Assembly (NCBI RefSeq): GCF_009914755.1
Contig: NC_060938.1
DNA length: 64,000 nucleotides
From: the human T2T-CHM13v2.0 reference genome, Homo sapiens
Reading direction: 5' to 3' (one strand)
Position 1 is the first letter of the stretch, and each line of letters begins with the position of its first letter. Position numbers and translations under genes: made by a program. Shown in pieces: positions 31,819 to 47,687 of the stretch. The notes beneath the pieces were generated by a model that saw only the letters and a program-made list of their open reading frames with translations, made no database searches and was not told the origin of the DNA.

Positions 31819-33124
31819 TTACATGTTATTTGAGAGTAAAACTCCATTTTCATTGAGGTTATACCAAATGGCAAAATGTGGGATCTCTATTCTACCTCTA
31901 GACAGAATGAGAAAGAAAAGCTTTTTTAAATTTTTTTTTTAAAGTTGAAACAATAAAATTACTGCCCAATAAAGCCATAACACAAACATTTCAGAACTAG
32001 TTTTGAATATTATTTTTTGCCACTGATTTTCTCAGGATTTAATAGTAATAAAATGGTTATGAAAGACTATGCTATTGCTAGGTCTATGTAGTTATAATAG
32101 TCATAGATTGTTTAATATAATAAAGTATTTTATCTTATGCATATCGAAAAATGTACATACTAAGTAACTATCTTGCAATGTTCACTATTTGGCTTTTTTA
32201 TTAGTTATTTTATTTGACATGCAAAACGTCTTCCTGTATTAGAGGGCAACACCTGAAGCAATGCTACACAAATCACCTTGTTTTATAGCCTGTGACATGC
32301 TAAACAATTAACAGAATACAAATACAAAACTACAATGAGATAATTGCTTTACAAACTGAAGTCTTTGGTGCTCCATTTATTAACTCTTTTGATTAAATAG
32401 TTCAAATTAATTTGAACCAAAATACCAAACAAAATTTGATGACTTGCTTATAAAAATTTCAATGCCATTATAAGACAGTTATATTGTTTTATAAAATGCC
32501 CACGAAAGGCTCAATTTTAAAAAAATATTTTTAAAATATGATAATGTGCAACCAAGAAAATGAACACTTCTTTGTTGATATTTGTGTTTGTATGGGTGGG
32601 GGAGATATGAACATCAACTTCTCACAAATGAAAAAGTGAAGATCTGCTATACTAAAAGCATATATAAAATGGTAAATTTTCACAACCTAAACCTTCTATT
32701 GATTAGCATAATTGTGTATTTTATAGGATGCAAATATGCATTATGTGTGATCACTGTTAACTTCAGGTACATTTCTTCTCCAAAGCTCCTAATTTTTATA
32801 CCTTTTAAATCAATATACTATGCTTCAACAAAATTATTTAATTATAATTATTTAATTACCTATAAAACAATGTTACCCTTTTATACTATTTACCGAAATA
32901 TCCAGGGCACTCACAAGACTTCAGAAATTTCTCTTTCAATAGAATCAACAACCATTACATTTTTACTATTCTATGAAATGAATTTATGTGATTGGAATTG
33001 ACTTCACACTTTTTGAAACATCCAATGAAACTGATAAATGACCGGTATTACATACCTCTCTGGAGGACTGAGTCTCTTAATGGAGACAATGCATTAACTG
33101 TTACTTCTTTATCTTTCATACATG

Positions 33125-33838
33125 TGTTAACAAAAAACCATGAGATCCATGGAGGAAGGAAAAGGAGAAAATTCTGGGGGAAGCGGAGGGGTGGGGAAGG
33201 GGGAAATGCAATCTGCAGATCTGAGCATGCAACCTCAGGGAAAAACTGAATATAGGCACTCCAAGGAGGGAGGGGGAGCTGATATTTATGACTAACAGGT
33301 CCTGCCTTATGTATGTATTCAGCAGGTTTGGGGAAGATCTACGAATGTTTATGAAGGAAGTTGGGTATATAAGTAAAACATTCTGTGTTCAGAGTGGGGT
33401 TTTAGCATTCAAATGAGGCAGAATTTGGTTCTTTATGTCAAAAGGTGAACTATAGGACACAAAGATGGCTTGTGTGTAGTCTCTACAAACTGGCTGAAAT
33501 TGGCTTGAAGTCTGTGGTTGTTTATCTGGAAAGGATTTTTGCAAGGCCGGTCCTCTGTCCAATGAGAGCCATGATGGGACCACTGAGTGGGGGCACTCCA
33601 TTGGCTGGCATCAGGGGATCTGTTGGGGTTAGCAAAGAAACCTTTCTGCTGTAGTCTGATAATGCTTTTCAGGAACTGGTCTCTGCTTAATTACAGCAAA
33701 GAAAACCTTGTGGCAGTTAGTAACACAGAGGCAGATAACCAACACCTCACCCTGCTGGCCATTCAATTACGTTTTTGGTGTATCTCATTTTAGCCACAGG
33801 GAGTCCATTTTGTCCTCCTGTTGACTTACATTTTAACA
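33125..33838 (-). mobile_element. ERV1-class (MER4-group-like) solo LTR
   Basis: TGTTAA...TTAACA termini with 4-bp TSD CATG (33121-33124 / 33839-33842); subfamily and strand inferred. Confidence 0.75.
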
Positions 33839-35479
33839 CATGAGTAAGAAAACTTGTAATAAAGAATAAAAACAATGAATTTAGAAAAGTCGTCATTTAG
33901 TCTAAATGAACGTCATTCTTCAGAAATGCTAAGAGTTCATGTTATATAATCCCTTTTCTACAAAAGAGAAAAACCTTACATTATTGGAAAGCACAGTAGT
34001 GATTTCTGATGGAAAGAAGGGAGTCATGACTGGAAGAGATAAAAGGGGGAGATTTGATATTTTCTTGAATTGAGTATATGTGGTTGTCTTCAGTTTGTGA
34101 AAATTCATTATAGACATGATTTTTGCACTTTTGAATAGGTGTATTATCCTAAAATAACAGTTCATTTAAAAAGTCATGTATCATAAAATGATAAACATAA
34201 CTTCTAGAGCTGCACATGTTGAAAGGTCATCTACAGGCACAATCTGCTTAAATTGAATATTAACTTTTCAAATTAATCCTGATGCAGATATTTTCTCAAA
34301 AAAATAGTGGGTAATAATATTCATGAAATCAGTTTATCAGTATGCCATCCTTAAATGTCATCAAAAGTTTGCACAGTTACAAATTAATCAACTTAATAAA
34401 TGCAATTCTGTACTTAACTATTCAATATATATGAACTTTTAGTGGAGTTGAATGCCATTGGAAAAGTTTATTGCAACATAAAATATTGTAACTAAACAAA
34501 CCAAACTCAACGTAAATAAATAGTTATAGATTTACCTCATACAATAAATGACAAGCAACTCTGGCAAGAACATTCTGAATACTCTCCATGGAAGTATTCT
34601 TCAGTTTCTATTTCCCCCACATACTACATATTCACCTAACCTAAAATTTCCTACATTTCTGACAGCCAGAATTATGGTCCAGATGGTTTGTGTACCAGGT
34701 GCTCAGAAAGAAAAGTGAGGAGAATATTTTTCCTACTCCTACTCAAGACCTAAAGGAGTTGGCTGCCCTGACTTGCTCATGCCTGAGAACTCTTTGTTTT
34801 ATGCATGGTGTCTGTCCTTGAAAAGTGAGGATAATTTCACTTTGCATCTGGGAAGATTGGCCAAAGAAGGAGAGTTATTACCAGCAATCTTTCAGGTTTA
34901 ATCATGTGTAAAACTAAAATCTCTTTTCACTCCATATGCATTTATACATTTATAGAAGAGTCCACGGCAGAAGCTGGAAGCACAAATTAGAGGTCTACTA
35001 AAACACTTTTAAAAAATCAAATTAAAATATGTAAAATAACAGGAAAAATGCTGAATTGTATGAGATGCCTATAAAGTAGACATAAATCATTACTTTTTCA
35101 AAAAAAAAAATACATGCTTCTCTACCTATGATGCACAAATTCCACTGGTATGTTCATTTCCTATATGCTTTGTCCATGTTTACCAGAAATTATGTATTAG
35201 AGTGTTTACAGAAAAAAATTGTAAAATAAAACATAATTGTAAAAAACTCATATATTCAACAAAAGTAAAATGCATAAATTAATGACAACTTCATCAGTAC
35301 AATATTTTATAATGCTGAAAAGGAATTGTTACTACTTGCAAAAATATGAATAAATATTTATAATACTAAATTACAGGACAAAAGACCAGATCTGCTTAAA
35401 CTCCACATTAAGTACCCTATTAATGTCCACCTATTTAATGAGTCCACTATATTAATTAGTCATTAAAAGGTACCAAGTT

Positions 35480-37790
35480 GCAATCACTATAAAAACCATA
35501 ACTTGGTAGTTTCTAGCTATCACTCAGATTTCTGTAACTTATCTTGAGTTTATAATCTATATCCATCTTGAATTTGTAGTCTATGTTATACTTTCCCTTT
35601 GCCATGACTCTTTCTAAATTTCACTCATGTTTAGCGAGTCCTTCAGGTGACCTCAATTGCTGCCTGACTTCAACACATGCCTTCACCCTTGGATAGGCAG
35701 AGCTTTGATTTCCTTGGCCTTGTTCAGCTGTGGTTGCTACATTTTGTCTTTCACTGCTATTACAGCTACAGAAACACCAAAAGACCCCTCTGTGAATTCT
35801 CCATGTTTCAGATGTACTTTTCCCTGCTTCTTCTAAGAAGCAGTAAACCTATCTCCTCTTAATCGTGAGAATCCTGTGCTTTCTCCAGTATAGTAACTCC
35901 TTTCTGGCCTGTTGATCTAAAAGAGATATTTAGAACATACAAAGCCTCAGGTTTTGATTTAGACAGTGTTGCTCTGCTGGGAACTGGGATCTCTAACCAG
36001 CAAAGCTTCAGCTTGTGGAGAAGCAGAGCAAAATTTCTAACAGTGGGTCACTAAGAGTTAAAGAAACCAATCTCAATTCTATTATTTGGTTCCCAGACCA
36101 TTCCTTCTACATATAAAGGACACAGCAGCATATATTGGCTGTTTTCATAAATATGTAGTTGTGTCTCAACTTACGATGGGGTGTGTTTTAAGATATTTTC
36201 CATTTATGATGGTTTATCTAGACATAATCCCATCATAAATTGAGAATCATAATGAATGCATATTACTTTCACACCATCATAAAGTTGAAAAATCATTAAG
36301 TTGAAACATCCTAACTTGGTGATTCTGGTTAGCCAGTCATGTAATAGAAACCTGGAGGACAGCGTTCACAGTGTCACCCACAAAGTTGGTGCCTTAATTA
36401 AGTGGCAGTCCTTGGCTAGATATTTCCAGGTAATTTGGCATTTGGTAGAAACAGTGGCTTATTTAGACATGTGTCCATTATTGCATATACTTTACTATAA
36501 AACGATTCTTTTTGTCTGAGGCAATAATATGTGAAATTTCATGTCAATATATCAGTTACTCTCTAAGCCCTTGGATAGTGGTAACTGCAGAAACATTTGG
36601 GGCTGGGAAATAAATTCGTATCTGGAGTGAGGCATCAATTCCAACAAGGAACACTGTTGCCCAGGTCAGGATGAAAGAGGTCCAATATAATCAATTTGTC
36701 CCTAATGGTAACTTATTCTCCTTCAGGGCCCAGTGCTAATGAAACATTACACATAGCAGTCATTGGATCAGCCTCAGTGAGGGGAAGCACATACTCTTGA
36801 CTTCATCTTTACCAACATTGCCACTTCCTTCATGAGTCCATTGTACAAACAATGCTATAGCTAGACACAGAGGCTGGTTAGCATACGCTAGAAAAGCCAT
36901 TTGTTCACCAGGTGGTGGAATTGTCCTTCTGCTGTATTCTCTCTGCTGGTCCATCTACATGCCTCTACTTCTACTCCAGAACCCATTTTCTATGATCTTT
37001 TAGTTTTGTTCTGTATCCGCTAGGTTCTGACTAGCCAGTCATTTGCCACTACATAGTAGCTCACATATATCCTTATATCAAGCTATGTCTACTTTCTATA
37101 AAATAGGCTTCAGTTTTTCCCTTAAGGCTATAAGTTTGAGTTATGAAAGGAAAGATCATTGCAACATAGGTAATGGGGCTCTGAACCACTTATCAATGTA
37201 ATTTTCTGGACACGCTCTAAGACTGGGCATCTAATTTTTAAAGTATCATTTTTGTCATACAATGGATTGTTGATGCTTCTGCCCAAAATTATGATTTGGT
37301 GGATCTGGCAATGCCCATTTGGTGATGAGTACTTCTGTTCATGTGGTCATTTAATGTTTAATGGCCAAACTTTCAGTCTCAATTAGTAATAAGTAATATG
37401 CCAGGAACTGATTTTCAAATAGCATGCAGTTTCTCCATGAATAATTCTTCACCTTTTTCTAGAACTTAAGAGGTCTGAGTTGTGACTCTACAATTAAGTT
37501 TGCCAGAGACTGAACATGAAATTCTTATCAGACATGGACATTTTTTTTTGTAGAATCAAATGTGATCTTGCACCACAACTTAGACCTATTGGAGAAACCT
37601 CAATTTATTGGGTCTCACTCAAAATTCTCAAATTCCTAATTTACCTGATGTATTCATGCAAATAACATTCCCAATTGTAGTACATGCTCTTCAAAATCTA
37701 CAGAAATCTGCCAACTTCTCTGCCTGTTCATTGTCAATGGTACAAAATGCAATAATTTGATCTTAACCTTAGTAGGGGTGGTTTTGAAGA
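35480..37790 (-). mobile_element. MaLR/ERVL internal sequence (MLT1-int-like), degenerate
   Basis: cagtgggtcactaagag, aggtccaatataatcaa and tgccacttccttcatgagtccattg match the reverse complement of ERVL/MaLR pol-like sequence; boundaries approximate. Confidence 0.6.
36156..36327. mobile_element. MER47/Tigger5-derived DNA transposon relic
   Basis: caacttacgatgggg and gaatgcatattactttcacaccatcataaagttgaaaaatc. Confidence 0.65.
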
Positions 37791-39807
37791 CCCTCTTGTA
37801 GTTTTCATATAATAGCCACTATTGTAGACAGGGTCAACTGAAGTCCCCAAACTACTCTGTTCAGCCAAGATAGAAAATAAAATGCCAGATACATATTGCA
37901 AAAAATATTTTCAAAGAGCTAATATTGTATCAAAATTTTAAAGTGCCATACCAATAATATTGGCATCAGGCCTGGGTTTCTTGCTGGGACATTAAATTCT
38001 TAAACTTAAGTAAAGTATCAGTTTAATATTAATCATAATTCTACTTCTGGTCCTATAGTAAAACATATACAAACTAAAATGCAAACCAGAAAAAAACTGA
38101 CAAAAAGGGACATAAACAAATATTTATTCTGCAAATACATTCATTAATTTATCTCAATATTTTATATAACACAAAAAGTTTTCAAACTGGGATTAAAGTT
38201 TAAGTTTAAAAATGGCATAGTTTATATAAAATATTGTACAGGGAAATTTAAAAAGCAGAATACATAGTTGCATACATGGACTACTATAAAATACTGAAAA
38301 TTCATAGAGAGTAATGTCTGGAAGGACAAACGTCAACTGGGAATGGGACTATTTTTAAGTAGTTTATGTTATGATGCATTCTGTCTTCTTCTTTAAGGTA
38401 TTCACTTTTTTTCTTCTATCCTGGTCATAAAATCTTTCTAGAAAAAAATTAAAGATATACTAATAAAATATAACTTGCAGTAATGTAATACAATACATTT
38501 TAAGGAGTCAAGTCTAGAATATTTTTGTTACAATATATCATACACAAATAATGTTTAAAGTGTGTCTTTAATTACATTTTATTTATTAAGCATATGTTAA
38601 GTCTTAAGTGTATATTTAAGAAACAAAGTAAAAGATTATATATAGAAATATACATATATTAATATAGGCAAATGTTGTATACTTTATATATACATTAAGT
38701 ATATATTAATTCAAGTATATTTTAAGACATGAGGGTAAATATTTAAAAAAGCTTTCAAGGAAAATTCAATAGAGCATCAAGTTTATCAGTGATTGAATTA
38801 AATGCTAAGAACTTTCAGATAGTGCACTCATTATCTTTAGAAAAGTCCAGTATGAAATATCATTAGATTATCCACCATATAAAGCTGAAAACCCAATACT
38901 CAGCCTTCCCCTAGTAATGTAGAGGAGCAATTATTCCCAAGTGCTGATGAGGGTTAGAATTTAATGCTTTTAATTTGCTTATACAAGGAGTTTACTCTCT
39001 TGACTGTCCTTGCAGTAGTATTAGGTACGTGACAGTGATTTTAAAAGATAAAGTGAATATCTTATTAAAGTTAACATAGTGTTGTAACTGTTAAATCAAC
39101 TTTAAAAAGTGGCCAGATGGCAGGATTTTCTTAAAGTGAAAAATAACTGAAGAACAGGCACCATTATAAAAATGAATGGGAGCGAAGTCATGTATGATGA
39201 GAAATCAGGTTGGTTATGAAGATTCAAGGTCATGTGTGCTTGTATTTGACAAAGTTGTGGCTACTTTCAATGGAGGCAGTAGCCAGATGCATAAAAGTTC
39301 AAGTAAAACAACTTTAAAGACAGTGGGTTTCAATAGGTTCAGACCAAGGTGTAGCAATGGTTCCCAGCACGATTGCTGGAAAATTGGAGATTTTCTCAGG
39401 TCATACTTAATACTAAAGGAACTGTAAAAGTAATAGGAGGCAGAGTCCTAGATAAGGGAGGTTATCTCCCTTTATCTGGAAAAACTCCCCTATTAGGATT
39501 TGTCAAAAATTGTTCACTTCCATAAAATGCTAAAGGCTGTTTGAAGCTGGTGTGAGACTCAGATGATTTTCTCTCCTGAGCTGTGGAGAAGGCCAAGGCA
39601 AAACTTAGTATTGTGATAGTAATAAAGAAGTAGGAAAGAGATCAAAATATATACATTAAACTAACCAAGGTCAATAATGTAGTTATTCTTGCTCTCTTTC
39701 CTTACTTTACTGCAGGAAACCCTTTGAAAATAGATAGATCACGATGCAGGGAAAGCATCTTATTTATATTATTTTCCCTATCAACTTACATCATTTAGAG
39801 TTTCGAT

Positions 39808-40027
39808 CAGGGGTCAGCAATTGTTTTCTACAAGTGTCAGATAAATATTTTAGATTTAGCAGGCCAAATAATCTTTGTTAAATCTGTACTAAAGTCTGCA
39901 CATGCATCACAAAAGGTGCTGTAACATATATAAAGGAATGAGCATGGCTGTGTTCTAATAAAGCTTTCTGTACAAAAACAGGTGACAGGCTAGATTTAAC
40001 CTTGGGGCCATAATTTGCAAATCCTTG
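39808..40027 (+). mobile_element. MER58A (hAT-Charlie MITE)
   Basis: caggggtcagcaa start, gagcatggctgtgttctaataaa, ...tttgcaaatccttg end (terminal inverted repeats). Confidence 0.85.
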
Positions 40028-40540
40028 GCTTAGACTATGGAGACTGTATCAGTTAAGCATAGACTGTACAACATAAAGATTCCAGAATACATTAACTTAT
40101 GTAAGATACAAATCCATTTATCTTCAACATAACTGTCCAGAATTAAGCAGTTCAGGGCTGGTGAGGAGGCCTTGACATCCTCAAATCTGAGTCATTCCTA
40201 GCCCCCATCTTCATCAGGTCAGGATTTGGTTCCTCTTGGTACAGTGATGGATAAACTAATAGATTCGGTGACTTTGTACCTGATATGTAATGGTGGAGGA
40301 TAGGGTAACTATAGAAACAAATGGAGAAGTAAAACAAAAACATAAGTGAAACACAGTTTGAAAAACTCTCCCTTTTAGAAAAAAGATGGCTTTCAAACAG
40401 TTATCATTGGTTGATAACATGCAGAGCAGAACCATGAGGTGCTTCAGCCATGGACATGAAGTTAAATTCCTTGTTGAAACCTTGGTTCTGCTCTCTGGGG
40501 AGGAACTTTCTTGTTCATTGTCTTATATAATCCTGGACTT

Positions 40541-40913
40541 TTTATTAGTCTGTTCTCATGCTGTTATAAAGAATTGCCCTAGATTGGGTAATTTATAATG
40601 GAAGGAGGTTTAACTGACTCACTGTTTCAAAGGGCTGGGAAGGCCTCAGAAAACTTACAATCATGGCAGAAGGGGAAGCAAACACATCCTTCTTCAGATG
40701 GTGGCGGGAAGGAGAAGTGCTGAGCAAAGGGGGAAAAGTCCCATATAAAACCACCAGATCTCCAGAGAACGAACTCACCATCACAAGAACAGCATAGGAT
40801 AACTGCCCTCATGACTAAATTACCTCCCACTGGGTCCCTCCCAGGACATGTGGGGATTATAGGAACTACAATTCAAGATGAGATTTGAGTAGGGACAGAG
40901 CAAAATCATATCA
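40541..40913 (-). mobile_element. THE1 (C/D-like) MaLR solo LTR
   Basis: Minus strand starts TGATATGATTTTGCTCTGTCCC..CAAATCTCATCTTGAATTGTAG; ttacaatcatggcagaagg core; about 370 bp. Confidence 0.9.
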
Positions 40914-42573
40914 ATTTTCAATCCTTCTAAATAAATCTTGTTTTTCCATTGGTTTAAGTAGTCCCATGTGAGTTGTACCAGATACAGTATGATCCATTTG
41001 GCTACACTGCACACATTTCACAATTTGTTTTTGTAGGTTTTGGGTCTGAGATTACTTTAGGGATGGGACCATGTGTTGTTGTTGTTGCTGCTGTTTTTAA
41101 ATATACAAAGCTACTGGTATCATCAGGAATGCAGTTCTTTTGAAAACTCAGAAACTTTTTAGTCTATTTGATTTCAATCACTTCCATGGGAATGTGACTA
41201 CAGCTCAAGATTTATTTCGGACATAGGTTTAAGTCCGTTTTGTAAAAACCACTAAATTTTTAGGTCTATTTTTACAACCCATAGCCTCTACCTTAAAAAC
41301 AGTGCCATGATGCTGTTAGAGATTGCTATTGCTGTTTTATGATCTCTCAAGCAACCAGCTGGTTTACACTATGTTCTCTTAATATAAATATAACTGAAAA
41401 CTGTATTAGTAGTAATCCAGGGATATAGGTACTATAGATAATGTTGGAAATAGAGAGAAAAGAACTACTTTTCTCTATATTTGCTTGTGATGTTTGCAGC
41501 ATGAACAATAATGTTATTCTGTTCCAATGGCATTTTTATGTAACATTCTAAATTTTCAACAAAATCATCTGAAAGCACTTTAATGAGTTAGGAGTTGGTG
41601 CAAAATTTAAATAATTCAACCTTTTCTTTAAACTCAGAGAAGGACCTGTATTTACATACCTATAATATACCCCCAAAATTGATTGAAATCATAAACCATA
41701 TACATAAATGTAGCATGAAATAAACCTATGCTCAGGTTGTGTACATGTGAATATTGATATCTATCAAAATCATATGTTACTGATGATAATCACACCAATA
41801 TTTATAATCAATTTTGTTGAGCACTTTCTACACGCCAAATTCTACAGTAAGTAATTAGAAGGCAATTGGTAAGCTCAAACTCACACATCTAAAAAGAGAC
41901 AGAGCTGACTTAAATTTTTAACATTTGAGATAAAAAAATTCAGTTAACTAAGTCAAGGTACAAACAATCTCAATGCATGGAAGGCTTTCATTCTTAAAAT
42001 AGTTTACCAAGGTTAGTTATTTCTTTATTCAGATCTGATGATTACAGATTTATTAATACAGATGATATAGTTGGAATGACTTTTATTAATAATATTGATG
42101 TAGTTTGAAGGTCTGATATTTCAAGGTAGGCTCCAGACTAAGTACATTCATCTAGTTGCCAGGAAAATTGAAAATGAGAGTAAATATCTGGAAGACTGAG
42201 AGAAAGAATACTCTACCCCTGGATTTAAGATTTTTTAAATTGATTTTTTACCATGCTTCAATAAATAATCTGTTCCTCTTTCAAACTCTTTTTTTCTCTG
42301 AATCTTTTAACTTAGAGAGAGGATCTTGGTATAGCTGTGAAAAATTGGGATATTGAGAAAATATTCTGTGGCTTAAAGGTAAAATAGTAAGATCCATTTC
42401 AAATGTACCCTTAGCTGTGTAAAGGGAAAAGCTGGATTTTTTCTCGAATTTTGGAGGAGTCTTGATAATATAAATTTTATTTTTTCAGATAAAACAACTA
42501 TATTCTAATGAATACTTCCTTCATACTGAGAAGGCTTGTCTCCATTCCAGAATTTGTCACTTTGTGTTACTAG

Positions 42574-44307
<1,734 letters not shown>

Positions 44308-45551
44308 AAAAGTTTCAGGGAGAGAGGCTAGGGAAAGCCAAGGTCTCCTGGTGTGCCGGTAAAGGCTTCACTCTGGTTTAGTCTCTTCTGATTGATCTTT
44401 ACCCCTTTTCTTAGGTGGTGGTCTTCACATGGGTATACGCTTGGTGTACACCACCATGTTGGGCATGCCTCTGTTTATCTCAGTAGCTTCACAAAACCCC
44501 TTCCTCCCTACCCACTGCTCGTAGATGTGGCGCCATGGTAAGAGCTGAATTTTTGTTCACTCCTACTTTGGGCCCCGTATGCAAGGGGAATGGTTCACTG
44601 TTTTCTTCCCTGGAACACCAAACCACTTCCCTTTCTAGTACTATTACACAGACTGCTTCAGCAATCTTTTCTTGTGCAGACCTCCCTACATCAGAGGCGC
44701 GTATCACTCGTAAGTTCAAATATATACTATCCCTTTCCCCACAGCATGGGAGAAGAATTAATCAGGTCTAAAATCCCATAATATCAAGCTCCCTGAAAAG
44801 TCACAGGAACATTTTATCGCTCTCTGCTCTTATCTGTACATCAGGTGAATAAGCAGTTTCCAAGGCTCAGCAAGCATCAAGCTGGAGACCAAGATACCAG
44901 TCACTTTTTACAAGTACCCTTAGTCTTTGCACGTGATATTTGGGGTTGTGGACGAGGGCCGGGGGGGACTTGGTTTTAGGCCCCTTGTCCATGGACCCTA
45001 CACTCTCTAAGAAAGTATAACTTTCTCAGCCATCTTCTTATGTTAGCTTGAGTCGGGAGGCAGGAGCAAAGATGGCTGAGTTGTTAAGCCTCTCAATTAA
45101 TCCCAAGGAAAACTGGCTGGTCTGACCTGCTGTGGGGTTTTCACCTTATACTTTTGGGTACTTGGTAATTTTGTGCTCAGCTTTGGGCCATGGTATCAAT
45201 TGTAGGACAACAGGAAAAAATCCCACTTGATATTCTAGAAGACCTTGTTAGTCACTTTGACAGAAAATCCTGATATGATTCACTCACTCTACTAGCTATC
45301 ACAGATGACCAGTGGAAATAGATATTTATACTCTCATACTAATACCAAGAAAGCAAAATCCTCTTGTCCCCCTCACAGAACATGCAGAACTCCTTTTGAT
45401 TAGGAGGGAGTACAGACCTCTGCTCTTATCTGCTCTTCAAATGCAACTAGTGGAAGAAGAGGGTGGCAGTACAAGTCACTTTAATGAGGACAAAAGGAAA
45501 GTGCAATTCCATGGACAGCTGAGAGAGACTGAATTCTTAAAATCAAATCAT

Positions 45552-45662
45552 TAAATGTCACAACTGGAAGGACCTTTAGAAACTATGGAAATCAAGTCTT
45601 ATTTTACATTGGAGAAAAACAAGATCCAGAGTGGAAGAAGGAAATGTTTAAGGCCTCTCAGT
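45552..45662. mobile_element. MIR fragment
   Basis: ctggaaggacctttaga...cttattttacattggagaaaaacaagatccagag resembles the MIR core. Confidence 0.55.
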
Positions 45663-47350
45663 TCTTTGGGAAAGATGGGAACAAGAAACCAGACTGCCAG
45701 ACATCAAGTGATTTACACAGCAGTTCTAAAGTTTTATTCAAGCTGTTCTTTGTAACCATTGTCACCTGTGATCTGGGGGCTACTCCTGTACTATTTGAAA
45801 AATGAGATCCTGTTTTGAAATTATTTCCACACAGAAAACAATAGTAGTCAAACAAACATAAAAGTATAAAGAGGTAGGAACGTGCACATTTCACTGGAAT
45901 AACGTACTCATAGTTATGATAAGAAAAAAATTGGGGGAGCATTAATATTAGATACTACTCAGTTATGATAATTCCATTCAGCATCTCTACCAGGATGAAA
46001 GAAGTGTCTGGGTCCATCACCTGCCTTTACTGGTTTCCTGAGGGCTCATGATAGAATCATTCATGCATATGCCAGATGGAAAACAGTGTGAGACTTTTTT
46101 TCTTGGATTTAAGTCCCCAATACTACTCATTCTCATTAGCATCCATAGTAAAGATATTAAAGCATTGTAGTGGAAGAAAACAGCTGCCTAATTGAAATAC
46201 TACCCAACTGCAGAAAAGCTTCAAATTATTTAGATGAGTAAAGGGGAACTTATGATCTTTGTAAAATGAAGTCATATAGTAATTTTCTTAAAGTATAAAT
46301 TTGATATTATCCTATTAAACATTAGATTTACTTTTCCTTCCTATCCTTCACATTGTTCCCATAAGCAATAAACCTTACCCAGAATTAGTATCAACATATA
46401 TTTAAGGACTCGGAAATAATAATTTAGTCATATGTCCTGTCATGACAAATGCCTAGCTTTAAGATGGCCCCTTTTATATTGGTCGTACTCTGCTTAAAAT
46501 AAGAAAAAACTGTGTTCTAATGAGCTGACATTTCTATAGCCCTGAAGAGGTTCTGTAATTAGGCATCTAAAAACAGAGGTGCAGTTATGCAGTTGTGGTT
46601 ATTTTTAATTGCTCTTTCCCTAATGAGGAAGCATTATGGATTAACTTGCTACATTTGTAGCATGAGAGAGAAATATCTTGATAAAAATAATGCCCTTGAA
46701 TATTTGCCTCTCTCTCCAAATAAGTAAATTTTTCCCCTTTTCATTTTGTTAAGCAAAGGTAGTCTGCAGCCTTCACTTGGCTACTAAAGAAAATTTAAGT
46801 TTCCACTCAAGATAAGAACTGCTTATCCTTCACAATGTGAGTAAACTCACTGGAAGCATTTGGTATGACTGCATTTTTGACAGAAAAAGGTAAAGAGGCA
46901 ACAAAGGTTTCAGATAAAATGAGATAAGCAGTCACCCATGTTCATGTATAATTGTTACATTTGAAGATGATACACTTAAGTTCCATTTACATTTATAGCC
47001 AAAGTAAGAAAATATTACCAAAACTGCAGACTCAGGTACTCTTTTAGTGACTTCCAATTATTATTGAGAATCCCCAAAGTTGTATTTCAACTTCTAAAAT
47101 TTTTCTAACCAGGTCTCCTCTTCAAGCTATCAGGTCTCTGACGCTCTCTCCAATGTCTTCTTTGAGAATGCGTAACTGAATTCCACGAAAGAAGGCTCTC
47201 AGTTCCCCTAAGACCACTGCAAGCATAAATGCTGTGGTGCTGGTAGATTTTGTACAAATATAGGAGAATGGGTCTTTTTCGAATTTTGTCACCTAAGGTC
47301 TAGAAGTAGTACTCCTGTGCAAACATTCATTTTCAAGATACATTTCATCT

Positions 47351-47414
47351 CCCTCCTTGTAGATGCTGATGCCCATGGGATGCATGTGAGCTGGACAGGT
47401 TCTGTGCACACCTC
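47351..47414 (-). pseudogene. MRPL54: Second short fragment of an MRPL54 retrocopy
   Basis: Minus strand gaggtgtgcacagaacctgtccagctcaca...catgggcatcagcatctacaaggaggg encodes EVCTEPVQLT..MGISIYKEG; homologous to 47998-48049. Confidence 0.85.
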
Positions 47415-47416
47415 TT

Positions 47417-47633
47417 TGTATTGATACACATATATATACTCCATCTCTGTATCATTCTCTGTCGGTATATATGCATATAAGTATGTGATATATATGTATA
47501 TACAGACGTATGCATATATCTATATGATGGCTGAGATATTATCCTCTCAGATATATGTATGTGTCTGTGTATATATATACACACACATATATATACAACT
47601 ATAAACATGTATGTCTATACATATATATCTCAA

Positions 47634-47676
<43 letters not shown>

Positions 47677-47686
47677 TACACATACT
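47417..47686. repeat. Degenerate (TA)n/(CA)n low-complexity tract
   Basis: Seen directly. Confidence 0.9.
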
Positions 47687-47687
47687 A

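Noticed and set aside
32400-32417. 18-bp palindrome GTTCAAATTAATTTGAAC and other short hairpins (about 46646 and 53028)
   Set aside because: Short and AT-rich; near chance expectation or trivial local slippage.
32582-33001. 139-aa ORF
   Set aside because: TTG start, composition driven by AT-rich DNA (I/Y/F/L/N/K), and no recognisable domain or exon structure.
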